64,000 nt of DNA from NCBI GenBank assembly GCA_043228905.1, contig JBHGNT010000014.1, positions 19,654,001 to 19,718,000 on the forward strand. The letters run 5' to 3'. This stretch comes from Azolla caroliniana. Lineage: Eukaryota; Plantae; Polypodiophyta. Of the stretch, positions 32,114-46,759 are shown piece by piece. The notes beneath the pieces are model-generated. The model saw only the letters and a program-made list of their open reading frames with translations. It was not told the origin of the DNA and searched no databases. A program made the position numbers and the translations under genes. Within the stretch, counting starts at the first letter, position 1. Each line of letters begins with the position of its first letter.

Positions 32114-35100
32114 TTTTTTGTTTTCTTTTATAAAAGATTTTCTACAATAGTATTAAGAAAAAACGCCGGAAGGCTACAACTTGAACCTAGCTGCCCAGGA
32201 AGTTACAACTTTTCCTATACAATGATGTAAAATAATCTTAGGACCAAATATCGAACTTTGTAAAAGGTGTTGATGTTTGTTGATATTCAAGAAAGAGTCC
32301 ATGGAAGTCGATAGTGCTATTGAGGCTCTTGAGTTGACATTGTAAACAGGGGCAACTTTTTCCATAAGTAAAGAAGTTTTTTCCTTCTCTTGTTCACAGT
32401 GTCTGGGGAACCCTGCATATTATCATACTGGCCACGGACTACTGCCAACAAGTTCTCCCATATCTCAAGCAGCACATCTGAGAGATGAATGTTTGTCGCA
32501 TCATAAAGACGGTTACATCGATATTTCCATAATGCCAATAACGTTATTGTGGTCACTGTTTTCCGAATCTGGACAGATCGCACCTGCTTTCGAGGTTGCT
32601 AAAAGGGACTAACTAATTTAAATCTTCTATTATGTATTGTCATTGCCTCATGAACATCGTTTGCCTCATACAACATCAAGTTGGAATGTAACACTCTCCA
32701 CACCGTTGATCCCCGTGAGAATAGGCAACCAACATTGATTGTTAGGAATAAAGACATTGACTTTATTCCATACTTGTTGAGCGAAGGGACAAGACCATAG
32801 GACATGCTTGGTAGTCTCATGAGCTTCATGGCAAAAGCCACATTGCCGCAAATTGGGTGCTACATTCCCTTTCAATGACTAACCACCTGCTAGTGCCACT
32901 AATAGCCATTGAAAGATAATAAATTTAGTTGGCCCCAGATCCATTTCCAGTAGGAATGCAAAGTTGAGACACCCGAATTGGTCCAATGTTTCTGAGTTGT
33001 TGGTATCGTTATAGTAACGATCTTCCAAGTTTTAGTAAGTACTGAATGAAGGGGACCTTTACGATCTCTTTCCCCAAGGAGTGAGACCAAAGCCAACCCC
33101 CTGGATCCCATGTAATCTTGCAACAGGATATTTTGCGTATAACCACAGGATATGACACATATGAGCAATTTAAGGATAAGGATCAAGGATCCATTTCTTT
33201 CCAGTTATAGCAACCACTTTGACTAGTGCACTTCGCAAGTCCTGTGGATAATTGCAATCAAAGGTATAAGATTGCAATCTATTGTTGTCTAGGACCTCAA
33301 AATAAGAAACGGACTTGTTAAGTGAAACACCCTTAACAGCCATCAATGTATCATTTCTGAAGCATCCAAACCATAGATGTTCCTGCTTGGGTTGGAAGGT
33401 TGTAAAAAACGAAGAATATGTTGTTGATATGGTAGCAGTCATTATCTTGGCACCATGAACTAATTGTAGATGTGCAAGACGAACTTCTTGTGACATTTCT
33501 TGAAATTGAGTCCAAGTTCTTACCGACGCAAATGGCCCATTATCCAATTTACCCCAATCTCGGTGAGTTCGCAGGCCCAACACTTTTGTTGCATTATCAC
33601 GAAATAGAGAATTGGTAAGCATAGGCTGATTAAGTAACGCATCCCACGTAGAAGGTTTTTCCTTGAGAAAAAATGATTTAATCGCATTCCATGCTCTTAT
33701 GATTCCTAGCAAAAATCTATTGGATGCAAGATTCCATCTTGGTGTTTTCATATCATTCAAGAACAACCACTTTAGAGAGGGTGACCACACTCCTCCTGTC
33801 TTAGGAGTTAACTGCATTAATTTATTTAGAAATATTCCTTTCCAAGCTTCTGATCCTAGCAACAATCCTCTATTCACAAACTTAGTCAAGAGAGCTCTTG
33901 ATTGCATAAAAGGATCTATCAAACCCAACCCTCCATTGATTTTAGGCTGAATCAACACAATCCAAGCAACTTTGACTACTGTAGGAGAGCCATGACCCTC
34001 CCCCCCTCCCCCAAAGGAAATTACGAATCAAGATTTGCACTTTCGTTATTGTTGATCTAGAAAATAGCCACACATATGCTATAAACCACATTGATGCCAA
34101 TAGTATTGTGTTTGCTACTACAACCTGACCTGCAAAAGACAATTGTTGGGCATCCCAATACAGTAATTTACGTTTTTATTGATAATAGTAATGGAGATAG
34201 TATTGCTTCTAGCCTTAAATCTATTCCCACCATACATCCCAAATATCGAACTGGTTCACCATGATGAAGCCCTCAGAAAGCAGGACCTGGATACCACGTA
34301 GGGTGAGTTTCTGCACCCACCCAAAGGCCGACTAACTTATTCCAATTAAGTGATGCACATGTAGCATCTGAGAAAACTTGCAAATCATTTTGTACCCGAC
34401 CAAGATTACCAATCTCCCCATCAACATAGAGGGTTGTATCATTTACAAACTCAACATCCACTATTGTGGACTATGTTATAGGTAATACTATGCCTTTGAT
34501 ACCAGCTGTTGACGATCTTAGGTAGGAGGACAAAGCTTCCCCAAACAAGATAAAAAGAAATGGGCAAGAGGGTATCCTTGCCTAACAAACCTAGAGATAG
34601 GAAATAGTGGCCCATATTCTCCAGCGAACAAAACTGAACTAGAAGCATGCCTGTAGAAAACCTAATCTTAACAACACTGCCTCAAGAAAGTCCCAATCCA
34701 CTTTATCATATGCCTTCTCAAAGTCACACAATAATACTGCAAGTTGTTGTTTATCTTGTTGAGCTAATGCAACCATTTCCCAAAACAAAAAGATATTATC
34801 AAAAATACTTCTATCTTGCAGAAAACCAAATTGTGTGTCATGAATAACAGATGGCAATACAACCCGTAGTCTAATTGCAATAGTTTTGCCACAATCTTAT
34901 ACATGACATTAAGCAATGTCATTGGCCGCCACTTGGAGACTTCATCACACTGAGCATCCGACTTAGGAATCATATATATGATTCCTTCTATCCATTCCTT
35001 AGGCATATTACCACTTGAGAATATTAAATTAACTACTCTAGAAAGGAGAGGACCAAGAAAATCCCAATAATGCAAATAGAAGCCAATTCCTATTCCATCT

Positions 35101-38090
35101 TTTATCGAACAAACATCCTTACCTAAGGATTTAGCCGCAACAAAAACCTCTTGAGATGTAAATGGTTGTAATAACTGAGAGGCCATTACATCTATAACCT
35201 TTTGTTGAACAGTTGCAAGAACAACTTGTTTCTTGTAAAAATTGTCTGTTGTAAAAGATTTGAAAGACAATAACTTATGATAGTAATCCGAGACTATACT
35301 TCGCATCTCAGAGACATCTGATGTATAGGATCCATTAAGCCACTTCAAAGAAGTAATAGAAAGTGCTCTATTTTTTTGTTTAAACTTATTGAAGATATCT
35401 CTATTGACCCGATCATGCCTTTGTGACCAGCGAGCAACATTACAATAGTAAAAGAACATCTAGCGTGCCTCATGTTTTCCCCTTAAATTGCTTTTTACTT
35501 GCTACAAATCACAACCTAGCATAGATGAAGTTGGATATCTTTCCAACAATTGTTGTAATGTTGCAAGAGCACGACATAGGTTGGCAATTTCTGAATTGCA
35601 GTGATAAACAGATGTTGAAACTATTTTTGTGAATAGAATCTTTGTATCAAGTATGGCATGAACCATATTGCTAAGCAGACAATCATCCGAGAAATTGTAA
35701 TTTGACCATATTTGAGTGATTGACAGCTGATGACTATCATCAGAAAACAATGCATGAGGGATACGCAATTGCCTAGAATATCGCCTCTTAGTAAATGTAA
35801 CATGTAACTTCAGAGGGTCGTGGTCAGAGATAGTTGATCCCAGAATAATTCCTATGGATCCACCCGCCTACCAAAACACACTACTAGCATAAAATCTATT
35901 TAGTCGAGATAAATTTGGAGCAACCAAACTCCCATCTGATCTAGAAAACTGAAGGGATCCTTGTATACATGAAAATGAATGCACCTTCCATAAATCAAGC
36001 AAACCATAAGCAAAACAAAAGTAGTCCCAACACTTAGCTTCCCATCCTGAAATTGTAGTAGTTATACCTCCCATTCTATCATATGCATCCTCAATCATAT
36101 TAAAGTCATTTCCCACCAACCAACAATCCGCTAAACTCGTATAATCATACAGAGATAGCCATAACCCTGCCCTTTCTAACGCAGAATTAGGGGCATAGAG
36201 ATTCATCAGACCAACCTTCTGGGATTCTATTTTTACAATAAGGAATTGTGCTCGTTTATTCATAATAGTAGCAATTGACACAACAATAGACTGCAAATGT
36301 TGTTTAATAACAATGCATAATCCAGCTTGACGGCCAATGGAGCCAAAGGCAGGAATCCAGAAATGATTCCATCGTCTTGGTAAAATAGATCCGTACTTCT
36401 GAATCCTATCCATGCATAGGTGATGCACTTGTAAAAAAAGAATACCAATAGTGCCTCCATTAGCAATACCTAAATCTGAGCTTAAGAGTCCTTTAAATCT
36501 ATGAAAAGCCTAACCACCCAGGCCTTGCACATTCCAGGAAAGAAGATGTAAGGTGTCCATCTTATACATATTTTATTGGTGTCCCTTTCTCAAGAAGAGC
36601 ATCCTGACAGCCTTTTTGGGCACCCTCCTAAGCTCTCGCTTGTCTTTTAAAAGCAGATAGTTCCCTGCATACACCATATGACCCTTAACCTGCTTTTGAG
36701 GGGTTTGAAGTGTCAAGGTATCCTATGAAACTATGAATTGAAATCCAGCACAAGGAAGTTTATCTACTCCCTGTGCCATTTCAACACCCATAATATTTGA
36801 TTGACTAGAAACCAGTTTTCTTATGAGCTTATGAAAAGGAATTGAATTAACAGAAACATTGATTTGTTGGTTTCCTTCAATTCCCATAACACTTGGAGGC
36901 ATTTCCACATCTATAGTATCTTGAGTAGAAACAACTTTTCCTTTTAATTTTTTAGAAGAAATCAAATTAACAGATGCTCTAACGGCTAATTCTCAACCAT
37001 TTTCAAGTTCGGTTGGCCTACTACCAACAACAGGAAAGACTTAGGCAACTGAGTGGAACACAAGTATGTTTTTTGTTAGGAAAAATTCGAATTAAATCTT
37101 TGTTGGGAAAGCTGGGACGATGGATGATCCGAAGTATTCACTTCGTGTGAACAATCCTCTTCTACATTGAGAGTAGAATACCTATTTTACGAGGGGGGAA
37201 ATTCCTTTAAATTATTAATTAACACATGATGAGGCTTGTCATGAGATACATGTGAAGTTGTCTTCTTATGCCCTACCTCAATCCAACCATCAAATCTATC
37301 CTAATACAGAACTATAGTTGTATTGGGTACATGCTTGTCCATATCTTTATTCAATTTTGGGCAATTTTTTGCCAAATGGCCAAATCCAAAACAACGAAAA
37401 CACTGATTTGGCAAACCCCTATACAAGATTTTATGAGAAGGAGATTCTTGCCTTGAGTCAAGTAAATTGGGCAACAAGATATTTGAGGGCAAAACTATAG
37501 ACTTAGAAATCAAAAGTTTTGTAGATGCAACTCCCTTATACCTTAGTATCTTCGATCTAACGAGGCTTATCATAAGTTTCCAAGACCTTACCAATAGAGT
37601 TGGCAATTGGATGCACAAAAGGCACCCATTCTTTACGCAAATTGGGAAACACCGCCACACATGTATGATATGAATCTAAATCATGAAGTACTTGATTTGC
37701 GGAGAAGTTGTGAATCCACTTATGGAAGAAAACCCATCCTCCCTTGACCGCCACTGCTTTCTTCTCCAGTAAGATCGGTACCATGCATTCGAGCTCAAAC
37801 TCCACTTCATAGTCATTTCGAGCAAGCATTTGTACATCCATGATGTTGTCAACATCTTGTTGGCAACTTTAGAAGAATTTGGAAGCCCTATCTTGCAATA
37901 TGATATGTACTTTTGACTTGGAACTAGCTTTATAACAAAATTGGCCCACATCGAGGTTGATGGTTTCTTTTGTCTTCGATTAGGTCTCGTAAAAAATGAT
38001 TCTTGAAGGAGATACGTCAAATGTTGTCGCTCATCTTTGGATTTCAATTTAGATTTATACAAGATTGATAATCGCAAATTAACTCCAATC
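32114..38090 (-). mobile_element. Near full-length decayed L1-clade LINE
   Basis: ORF1 about 38077-36600 with CFRCFGFGHLAKNCP. ORF2 from 36560: EN (SWNVQGLG, NLYAPN, GNDFN, SRLNRFY, SDHDP), RT (KWRPMTLLN, QFGF, DFEKAYDKV, FVND), GGLGLID, zf-RVT CGFC..ETTKHVLWSCP. A-rich tail near 32114-32130. Confidence 0.92.
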
Positions 38091-38099
38091 TTGGTACTT

Positions 38100-41000
38100 C
38101 GAATAATTTTAATTCTTTAAGAATCACAACATACTCGAATTTGAGTTGTTGACAATGCAACCATTGTTTGTTTCTGAAACTACTGAGCAATTTTCCCACC
38201 TACTAGTGTATAAACATACCCACCAGTAGATTTGTGATTATTTAAATCTCCCCATGATAAGAGTCAAACCAACTCATAAGATGAGTGGAGGGATTAGTCC
38301 ATCCACTTAAAGTGACCGGGGATGAGTCTAATTGTGTGAATGAAAAAAGTAATCATTGAATTTTTAGTATGTTTAAGGTATCAAAGTTCATGGTTAGGAG
38401 CTCACCAGTGTTTTATTCTTAGATTAAGCATGAAACACAATAATAAACCGACACTAAAGCATATGTATGGCCCTGTACAACTAAATAGATACTTGAGCCA
38501 TCCTATGACTTGTTTATATGGTACATTTTTCATTTCAAAAGATTCTTTAGTAGTTTTGGGGGCATCATCAACTTGGGATAGTTTACAAGTAGTTGTGAGT
38601 TCAGTAGAGATTGGCTTACAATGGAACATGTCAAAGGTTTAAGAATGCTAGATATATATTGTGATTGATATACAGAAATCGTACCCTTAAGGCATGATTT
38701 CTTTTAGTTTTGATTCCTAGAAAATAAGATATGGGACCTAGATTGCTAATTGGAAAAGCAACCTTTAATTCTTGTTTACATATAGTGATATAAGATAGAG
38801 AAGTCAATACTAATGGTAGATCATCTATATATGTCCCTATTGATAGGAAATCAAATACATTCTTTCGAATATATATTGGGTTCCTTCCTTGATCATGTAT
38901 AACCATTACTAAGAAGGAAGGAGTGCAAATTGTGACGTCACACTCTCTTCATGAAATTTTGTTTTACAAAGAACTTTTAAATGAACTTGAATCCCATTCA
39001 TCAATCTTGATCATATTTATTCCAATCATCTCGAAACTATTCATGAAAACGAAGATATGATCGATTGTGATGAACTCCTAAATGTTGAAGAAGCTTTAAA
39101 TGGACACGATACAGACAAGTGGGGCAAAGCCACGAAAGATGAAATGAATGCTCTACAAAAGGTTGAGACATGGACTATCATGGAGAAACTCAAGCACCAA
39201 AAGGTAATCACATTTAAGTGGTTACTATGAGTAAATGAGTTCACTTGGCAAGCCTATACGTTACAAAGCTAGACTCATTACACAAGGATTCTCGCAATTA
39301 TCCGGAATCGACTTCAAAGATGCTTTAGCTCCACCCTAAAGATAATGTTGTCTCATATGATCAAGGGACTAAACCTTGAACTTCATCATTTGGATGTTCA
39401 AACAACGTTTTTACGTGGTGACTTGATAAAGAAGTCTACATGCAACACCCACCTTACTTTGAAAGTGCTCAATTCCCAAATCACGTATGTTGACTTCAAA
39501 AATCTATCTATGAACTTCACCATTCACCTCGAGAGAACATTGACACCAATGACCTTGAGATGCAAAAAGATATGAGGTTTTGCTTTTGTGAAAAGAGGGA
39601 TTGTGCAGAACATTGATGTTTCATATCAATGTAGGGATCTTGAAGGCTACAGTTCGTTAGAGAATCATGAGACTCAGAGATGGGTGAAGTCATGGCTACA
39701 CACGAGAATTAGTGCCACGAAGTCATGCGTATGCATGTGAAATGTGAGCAAGCTGCAAAACCATCAAGAACTTGAACCAAAGAGGATGGGTTGCAGACTT
39801 TACTTGTGTTGGAGACTTTACGCTAGCCATGGATATTTGTGTCATAGAAAAAAGGACAATAAGCATAAGGATCAGTAGTAGTCCCCAATAAAGTTTATTG
39901 CGATTCAATTCTACATTTTATTTATTTGAATTTGATTAAGTCATATATTCAAAACTCATGTAAAAATTGTCTCCGAATGAAGGCATTGCTGATATAAAAC
40001 CTATGACGAAAACCGTACGTACTACTCTCCGCTTAGTAATGTGTAATTTATTTGGGCATGGTTTCTTTTAAATTCTATTGTGGGCTATTTTCTGTTGCTT
40101 GTCCAACAGACAACATTTTCATTGTGAGTCCTGGGATGAAATAAAAATTACCAATTTTAAATTGTTTGTACTCTACTATTATGAAGCTTATCGTTGCTTT
40201 CTCTAATGCTTTTTTAGTTCCATTGTTCCCAAAACGAACTTTAACAGGAGTCTCTAGTGGAACATAATCAGAGAGCCAATCTTTATTGTTTGTTAAGTGG
40301 TGTGTAGCGCCCATATCAAAATACCATGTATTATTTTCATGAGTTGAGTTTTGTTTTCCTTTGGTGAATGCTTCTGCAAACAAATATTGGATGAGGTCGT
40401 TATATCCTTATTCTTCTTTGTCATATTCTTCATCATATAATCGGTAGTGTATTTTTTGTTTACTTGGTAATCTTCGACTATTTATGCATGAACTTTGTGT
40501 TTGTACCAATATTGTGATGTTTGTTTCTAAAACTTTTGTCATTGGATTCGTTTCTTGTGTGTTCTAGTTTATGACATCTATGACAAATGATATTTTAGAA
40601 TCTCATATCTCCTTCCTTTTGTTGTGAGCATCCCAGGAATCTTGAGTTTTAGTCAAATCATGGACAATAAAATGCTTGCCTCGTTTTGTATGTTATCATC
40701 GCTAATGTGCTCGGAGTGGCATCAGTTTGATGTACTTTTGTCATTGCATCTTCTTGTTGGAGGTTGTTTATTAAGTCATTGATATTTACATTTTGATTTG
40801 AATTTGTGTAATGACAAAGTTACTCCAAGAATTCAGCAAAGCACCGAGTAGCAACAGCAGTTGGAGTTTTTTATTTATATCGACTCCTGTTGTAAGACAA
40901 TCGTCGAGTTTCCTCTTCCATGTATTATGAAATTCTATAATTTCATTATCACAAATTCTTAGGATTATAAGTATATTAATATCATTTTAAATTACCATTT

Positions 41001-41200
41001 GTTTTTTATTTGAATTCATTTTGTAGATCCATCCACATTTTGTGTCATGTTTTGAATTTTTTAAATTATGTCAACTTGTTGATCTTTAGGGTGATGTCAT
41101 GATAAGCCAAGATGTATCTGTCGTGATACATAATCTCCAATTATGCTACCAGGCGTTTCTCTTCATATGATTCAAAAGTTGGGTCACGAACATCAGGTTT
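38100..41200 (-). mobile_element. Rearranged Ty1/Copia remnant (gag knuckle, protease, RT)
   Basis: WYFDMGATHHL (40075-40383, minus); YIDDL, LGPISYFLGI, VPYKQVIG (38402-38906, minus); EEALNG..KW..DEMNAL and HLDVQTTFLRGDL (39050-39520, plus). Confidence 0.8.
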
Positions 41201-41299
41201 GGTTTCTATTTATTTATTTATTTATTAACAAAATATCCTTCCATTAGTTTTAAAAAAGGCACATCATCTACAATGTTATGTTTTCCATAGAGATTGTGC

Positions 41300-41734
41300 A
41301 ACTATTGAAGCCGCTCTATCCCACAAAACTCGATCTGAAAGATCATTGAATGTTTTTTCGGTTTTTTCCAACCTGGCCACATTTAGCATACATGTCCACC
41401 AAAGCATTCCTAAGCTCAATATTGTCTTCCAACAGTCTCATGATTTCATTGTGAATTTCTATGCCCTTATCAGCTACCACTACATTGCACAGTCATTTAG
41501 CAAACTTACAAGGGTGTTTGCATCCGGAAGTAGTCCAATTACTGCAGTAGCATCTTCAAAAATGCCACATTTAGCATATGCATCAACCAGAATAGCCACA
41601 AGACACGGATCTGAATCAAACTCCCTTTCAATGATCTCATTATGGATTTCTTGCCCTCTTCTCATAGCTTTTAGGCTTATGCATGCCTTCAAAGTAAAAA
41701 TATAGGTCACAAAATTTCGCATAGTCCTTTTCAA
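41300..41734 (-). pseudogene. PLS-class PPR gene fragment
   Basis: TLKAC...GQEIH...LVDAYAKCG, and a second motif LLEDNIELRNALVDMYAKCG near 41375-41440; stops and frameshifts. Confidence 0.85.
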
Positions 41735-41759
41735 CTACTCTTAGACTGCTATAGGCATA

Positions 41760-42530
41760 TGTTTGTCCCTGAGCATAAGAAATAATAGTTATACATTGAC
41801 ACATGCCTCATGTTGGTGGAGGAAATACCCAGAATGGTGGCCGATACCTCCAACGTATACCACCATTAACCATGCAGAATACCTTCATCCTTTCCCATCT
41901 CTTCTTAAAAACCTCTTGCTTTCGAAAGACTACATCTGGATCACCTTTGATAGCATCATATTCTCCTTTTAGTGTATGCACTAAGGTCATCCAAATCTCC
42001 TTAACTGCATCCACAGCATTCCATTGAATTTGCTGAAATATCCTTCAACATCTACTAGTCCACAAAACCCATATAATTATTGAACTAATCGTCTCCCAAA
42101 CCACACCATTTTGGATTGAATTAATAGGCATGTATGGCGACACTTCCTCAACATATCGACCTCTTGTATATAATGCAAAGTTAACATTTTCTTTTTCATA
42201 ATCTTGTACCTCACCCTTAATATTAGCCCACATAACTACCCCCCATTTATATATTTTAGAGTCATAAACCTCATGCAAGAGACGTAAAAATCTTTTCCAA
42301 ACCAATTTGGCAGCCATACATGACCAAAATAGGTGATGAAGAGACTCCACTTCTAAACCACAAAAATCGCACATCTTATCCACTTCTTTACAATACATCC
42401 AAGCCCTAACAGGAACCGCATAATTAACAATCAACCATCTAAATAGAATAATCTTCTTTGGAATTTGCATAGCCCATAGCCATTCCATATATAATAGGGT
42501 TTGGTTTCTATTCCATATATAATACACTCG
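41760..42530 (-). mobile_element. 5'-truncated L1 LINE fragment
   Basis: zf-RVT CDFCGLEVESLHHLFWSC, WVLWTSRC, WRYRPPFW. Confidence 0.85.
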
Positions 42531-43699
42531 ATAGTTTTTTATTAGTGCTCCATAGGGGGTAATTTGTGTTCAAAAGTTTGTATATGTTTGCTTCTTTTTT
42601 TCTGAAGTAAAGGGTTGCAACGAATGTTGAGAATGATGTCCGGGCCATGGTTGTGAATGGTTGTCCTAATCACGCCAGACAAGGATGGTGCAGGACTTTT
42701 AATGGTGATTGTTTATTCTGGTTAACCTCGATGATTAGGTTCAGCTTGCCCTTTCCTCACTGGGTTGTCCCTCACTCCTTAATTTGATACAATGTAGGTG
42801 TATAGGAATAGAATATATAACAGTTTTTTATAAACTTAGGGTGTTGTTTCCATTTAATTTTAACGAAATGTATAATGATGCAACAAGTAGTTGCCAACGG
42901 TGTCTTTTTTATGGGACAGAGTGTCTCTTTAAGTGTCTCTTCTATGAGGGGGCATATCCTTTAATATTTATAATTGTTTATTTCAACAAACCCAAATTAT
43001 TTAATTTGCTTCCAATTCTCCTCCTCATTATCAAAATAACGAGCATTACTCCACGCCCTAAACGTTGGACCTTGAACATTGGCTTAAACCTAGACTAAGA
43101 TTGTAAAATATTATTATTAGAGCTAATTTGATGTGAAGCTAAAACCCCAAATCAATTACGTTTTTCTAAATAACTTACGAAGTTATAGAAAATATTTGTC
43201 TAGTATCGTTGGCTTGATCTCACACTTAATAGCATCCCACCTGGTTTGGGTACTTTTGTACATGAGATTATTTGGGTTAGTCTATTCAACCTCCAAACAT
43301 CAAATATCAAAATCCTCTCTGCTAATCTCGTATTTTAAGTCTCTCTTTCTCTCTCTCTTAAAAATGATTATCTACAAAGAGAGTTTGTTTATTATATGTT
43401 CTTTAATCGATATTAATATATACCTACTTCTTATGCCATAAATTTCTTTTATCTTTTCCATCTTTTCACTCTAGTGATAATTGCTTGGACCACCAACACT
43501 TTTAGTGTGTAGGTGATCATGAATCATGATATTATGAGCTCAAACTATATAGTTATATGCCAGAGAACCAAAAGCTTTTCCTAGTATAAAGGATTTGTTC
43601 CACATCTAAGGATTAAATAGACTCAATATCAAGAAGTACATAATTACTCACCTTTACAACCCCCTAACCAATACAAACTATTAAAATGAGATCTTGTTA

Positions 43700-44642
43700 A
43701 ATACCCACCAGACATTTAATGTTCAATACTCGTCTAGGGGTGCAATACTCAAGACTCATAATAAAAGTAAAGTAAGCTAGACTAGAGGGGGGAGGGGGGG
43801 TCCACCAATCATGGACATTGAAGTATGTAGAGGTCATACATACTAAGTCAATAAATGAGAATATAAATAAATGGGAACATATGTGAATATGTGAAAGATA
43901 ATGTTTATGCATGTTAGTTGAGGATAAGTTCTCCATGTATCCGATCAATGTGTTACAAGCTTTAATGGGGGTTTTTTTGTGAGACATTGTTTTAAATGTG
44001 GTGTTTTAGGCCATTTGATGGCAAAGTGTCCACTAAATGAGACAATTTAGAGTCTCAACTACTTGAAATGGTATTAATGAAGGATCATCCTTTGGAAAAC
44101 CTAAAACAAATAAAAGAGTGGACAATAATGGGCAATCGAGAGACCATGATGAATCAAGGATAAAGGGAAAATGATCATGGAGGATTCAAACCCATGGAGT
44201 GTATATTCATAGTGAACCTATAAAAATAGTCAAGGTGGGATGAATAAAATGGGTGAGGATAAGAAGATGAAGGGGCAATATAGTAGCTCATGGAATAATG
44301 GGACACCTAGCCATTTTAACAACTCCCCAATATATGTTAACATTTGGCCACAAGAGTAGGGTGAATACTCCTTGAGATAAACGTAATCAAATACAATGGT
44401 CAAGTGATTCTCGATCTACCTCAACAGGACAGCATAATCAAATGTTTGGTTGGAATGTATATTACATTATGTATCTCAAAGATCATAGGTTATTATGGCA
44501 GTATGTGACCCATGTCCTTAGGCATGGGTGACCAAGGATCCTCATGTGGGATTTTAATGTATATTGCTGAGGTAGAGCAATTCTTCGATAGATACCCTTG
44601 AACTACAAGCACAAGAGCAGTTTGAGGTGGAAGTTTTGAAAG

Positions 44643-44673
<31 letters not shown>

Positions 44674-45300
44674 GGATTCAATAGATGATTCAATCCATGC
44701 ACTATTATAGGTCTACATGGAGTAGATTGGAACAAAAGTATATAATGCACAGTTCTAATTTCTTACCAAAGGTATTGGATATTACATATTATCATGGACA
44801 AGTTTTGTTCGATCATTTTCTACTTGTATTGATTTTTCTCAATAGTTTGTGGCTCAATTTCCTCATGTTTTATGAAAACCCCCTATGAGATCTAAGTTCT
44901 AACTCATCTTTAATCCTCGATCATACATGGGACAATTGTTGGTTAAACTTATGGAATATGTTCCCAAGTTGAAGGATGTGTAACTGAATGATATATTGTG
45001 TTTGTCAACACAAATGTATGACATTAAGCGCTCGACATCATGGGCTGAAACATACATCAACTATAGACAGATATCAGTTGCCATTGTAATTTGTTGAATG
45101 ATTGGCTAAGTGATGAGGTGCTTGGGGATATGCAGAGCATTTTGATGAGCTCATTGCAAGAATTTCAATGCGCAATTAGCAACAACCTTAGGTGTATAGG
45201 ATGAAGCATGATCAGTTAGAGGATAATAATTGTTAGTCGCATAAATGTTTTCATACCTTATGTAAATCACATGCTAAATCCATGGTAAAAAGGATAGAAG
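43700..45300 (+). pseudogene. Highly decayed retroelement gag/protease remnant
   Basis: Zinc knuckle CFKCGVLGHLMAKCP at about 43988-44032; boundaries are approximate. Confidence 0.5.
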
Positions 45301-45354
45301 TGAATGGACAAATGCAGTAGGATCCACAATTCATTGTGACAAGGTGTTAAGAAT

Positions 45355-45945
45355 ATTTCACACATATTCATACAATCATTTATATATACACACATTCATA
45401 TATTTGGAGTCTGGACACATTCGACAATACACGTACTATAGACAACCATTTACTCATACACAAATACATACATTCACAAAATCATTCAATCATACCGTCT
45501 CATTCATTCTTACACACACACCTCAACATTCACAAAATCATTTATTCATACCACCATCAATTCATGCACACATATTCATTAAATTGTATATTCATACACA
45601 TTCACATAGAGTCACAAAGTCAAATCATATGCATACGTTCATTCAATATACATATAGTCATTCATACAAACGCATTCATTCATTCATACTTACATTCATA
45701 CAATTAGCCATTCACACACATACATATATATACATTCATTTATACAACCCTTTGACACACACATTCATTTTTACATTGCAACATACATAAGTTCATTCAT
45801 AGACACATTCCCCTTCATACAACCATCATTCACAGACAAACATACACTTGCATATAAGCACTCATACATACATTCATAAAGTAATTGCATACATACACAT
45901 ACACACATTCATTCATGAACTCATTCATATATATAAAGTTCATTA
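45355..45945. repeat. Degenerate (CATA/CATT/CACA)n low-complexity tract
   Basis: Seen directly; followed by an AACCG/CGGTT-rich segment (45950-46090) like DNA-transposon subtermini. Confidence 0.8.
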
Positions 45946-46759
45946 CCAATCGGCAACAGTTCAATTTGAATCGAACCGAATCGCAAAATCATGGGTTAAT
46001 GGTTTAAATGGTTTGTTTCGGTTCAAGTTCTAGTTTTTGTAAACGGTCCGGTTCATGTTTGGGTCTTTATCAGCTTAACGGTCTAGGGTAGACACTTTAT
46101 TATTTTCTTGATTATTTTTTTGAACAATTGGATTCTAACATCATATTTTTGGCATCACTCCCAAGGGTGCATCTAAAGATTTTCAACACTAAATGAGTAT
46201 CCCAATCAAAATCCAACACATTCCTTAGAGTGATCTACATTTTACTCTACCATACTTTAGATTTAGGTAGTTGTAGTATCACAAAGGTGTTTCCACATCA
46301 AGAGGTTGCATATTTGTATCTTTAAATTTGTATGATCCATCATGTCATACATTTTTGCCTTTTAATATCTGTGCATATTCCTTTTCACTTCTACAATCAA
46401 TGCATTACTTCCTCTCCAAAAACGTTGCATGTACTACCCTCCCTAATACAAATATATTTTATTAATATATTCTTTTGGCAGTATTTACAACAACAGGAAC
46501 TCCAAATCTAGGTTATAGTAACAAAATAGAACCCCCTAATCTACACATAATGGAATTTTCAAAACATTAAAACCTTTGGTATAGCACCAATTTTACTTGG
46601 AAAGTTGCAATTTTTGAACACAGAACCTTTAGCGAAGTTGTTGCCCATCAAGGAGGTATTGTACAAGCTCTTGTGTGTTCCAATCCAATCTCTAGATGCT
46701 AAAATATCCTCTAAAATTTAATTCTCACACACACACACACACACACACTCTCTCTCTCT

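Noticed and set aside
45344-46033. His/Thr/Ile-rich ORFs
   Set aside because: Translations of a low-complexity CATA tract.
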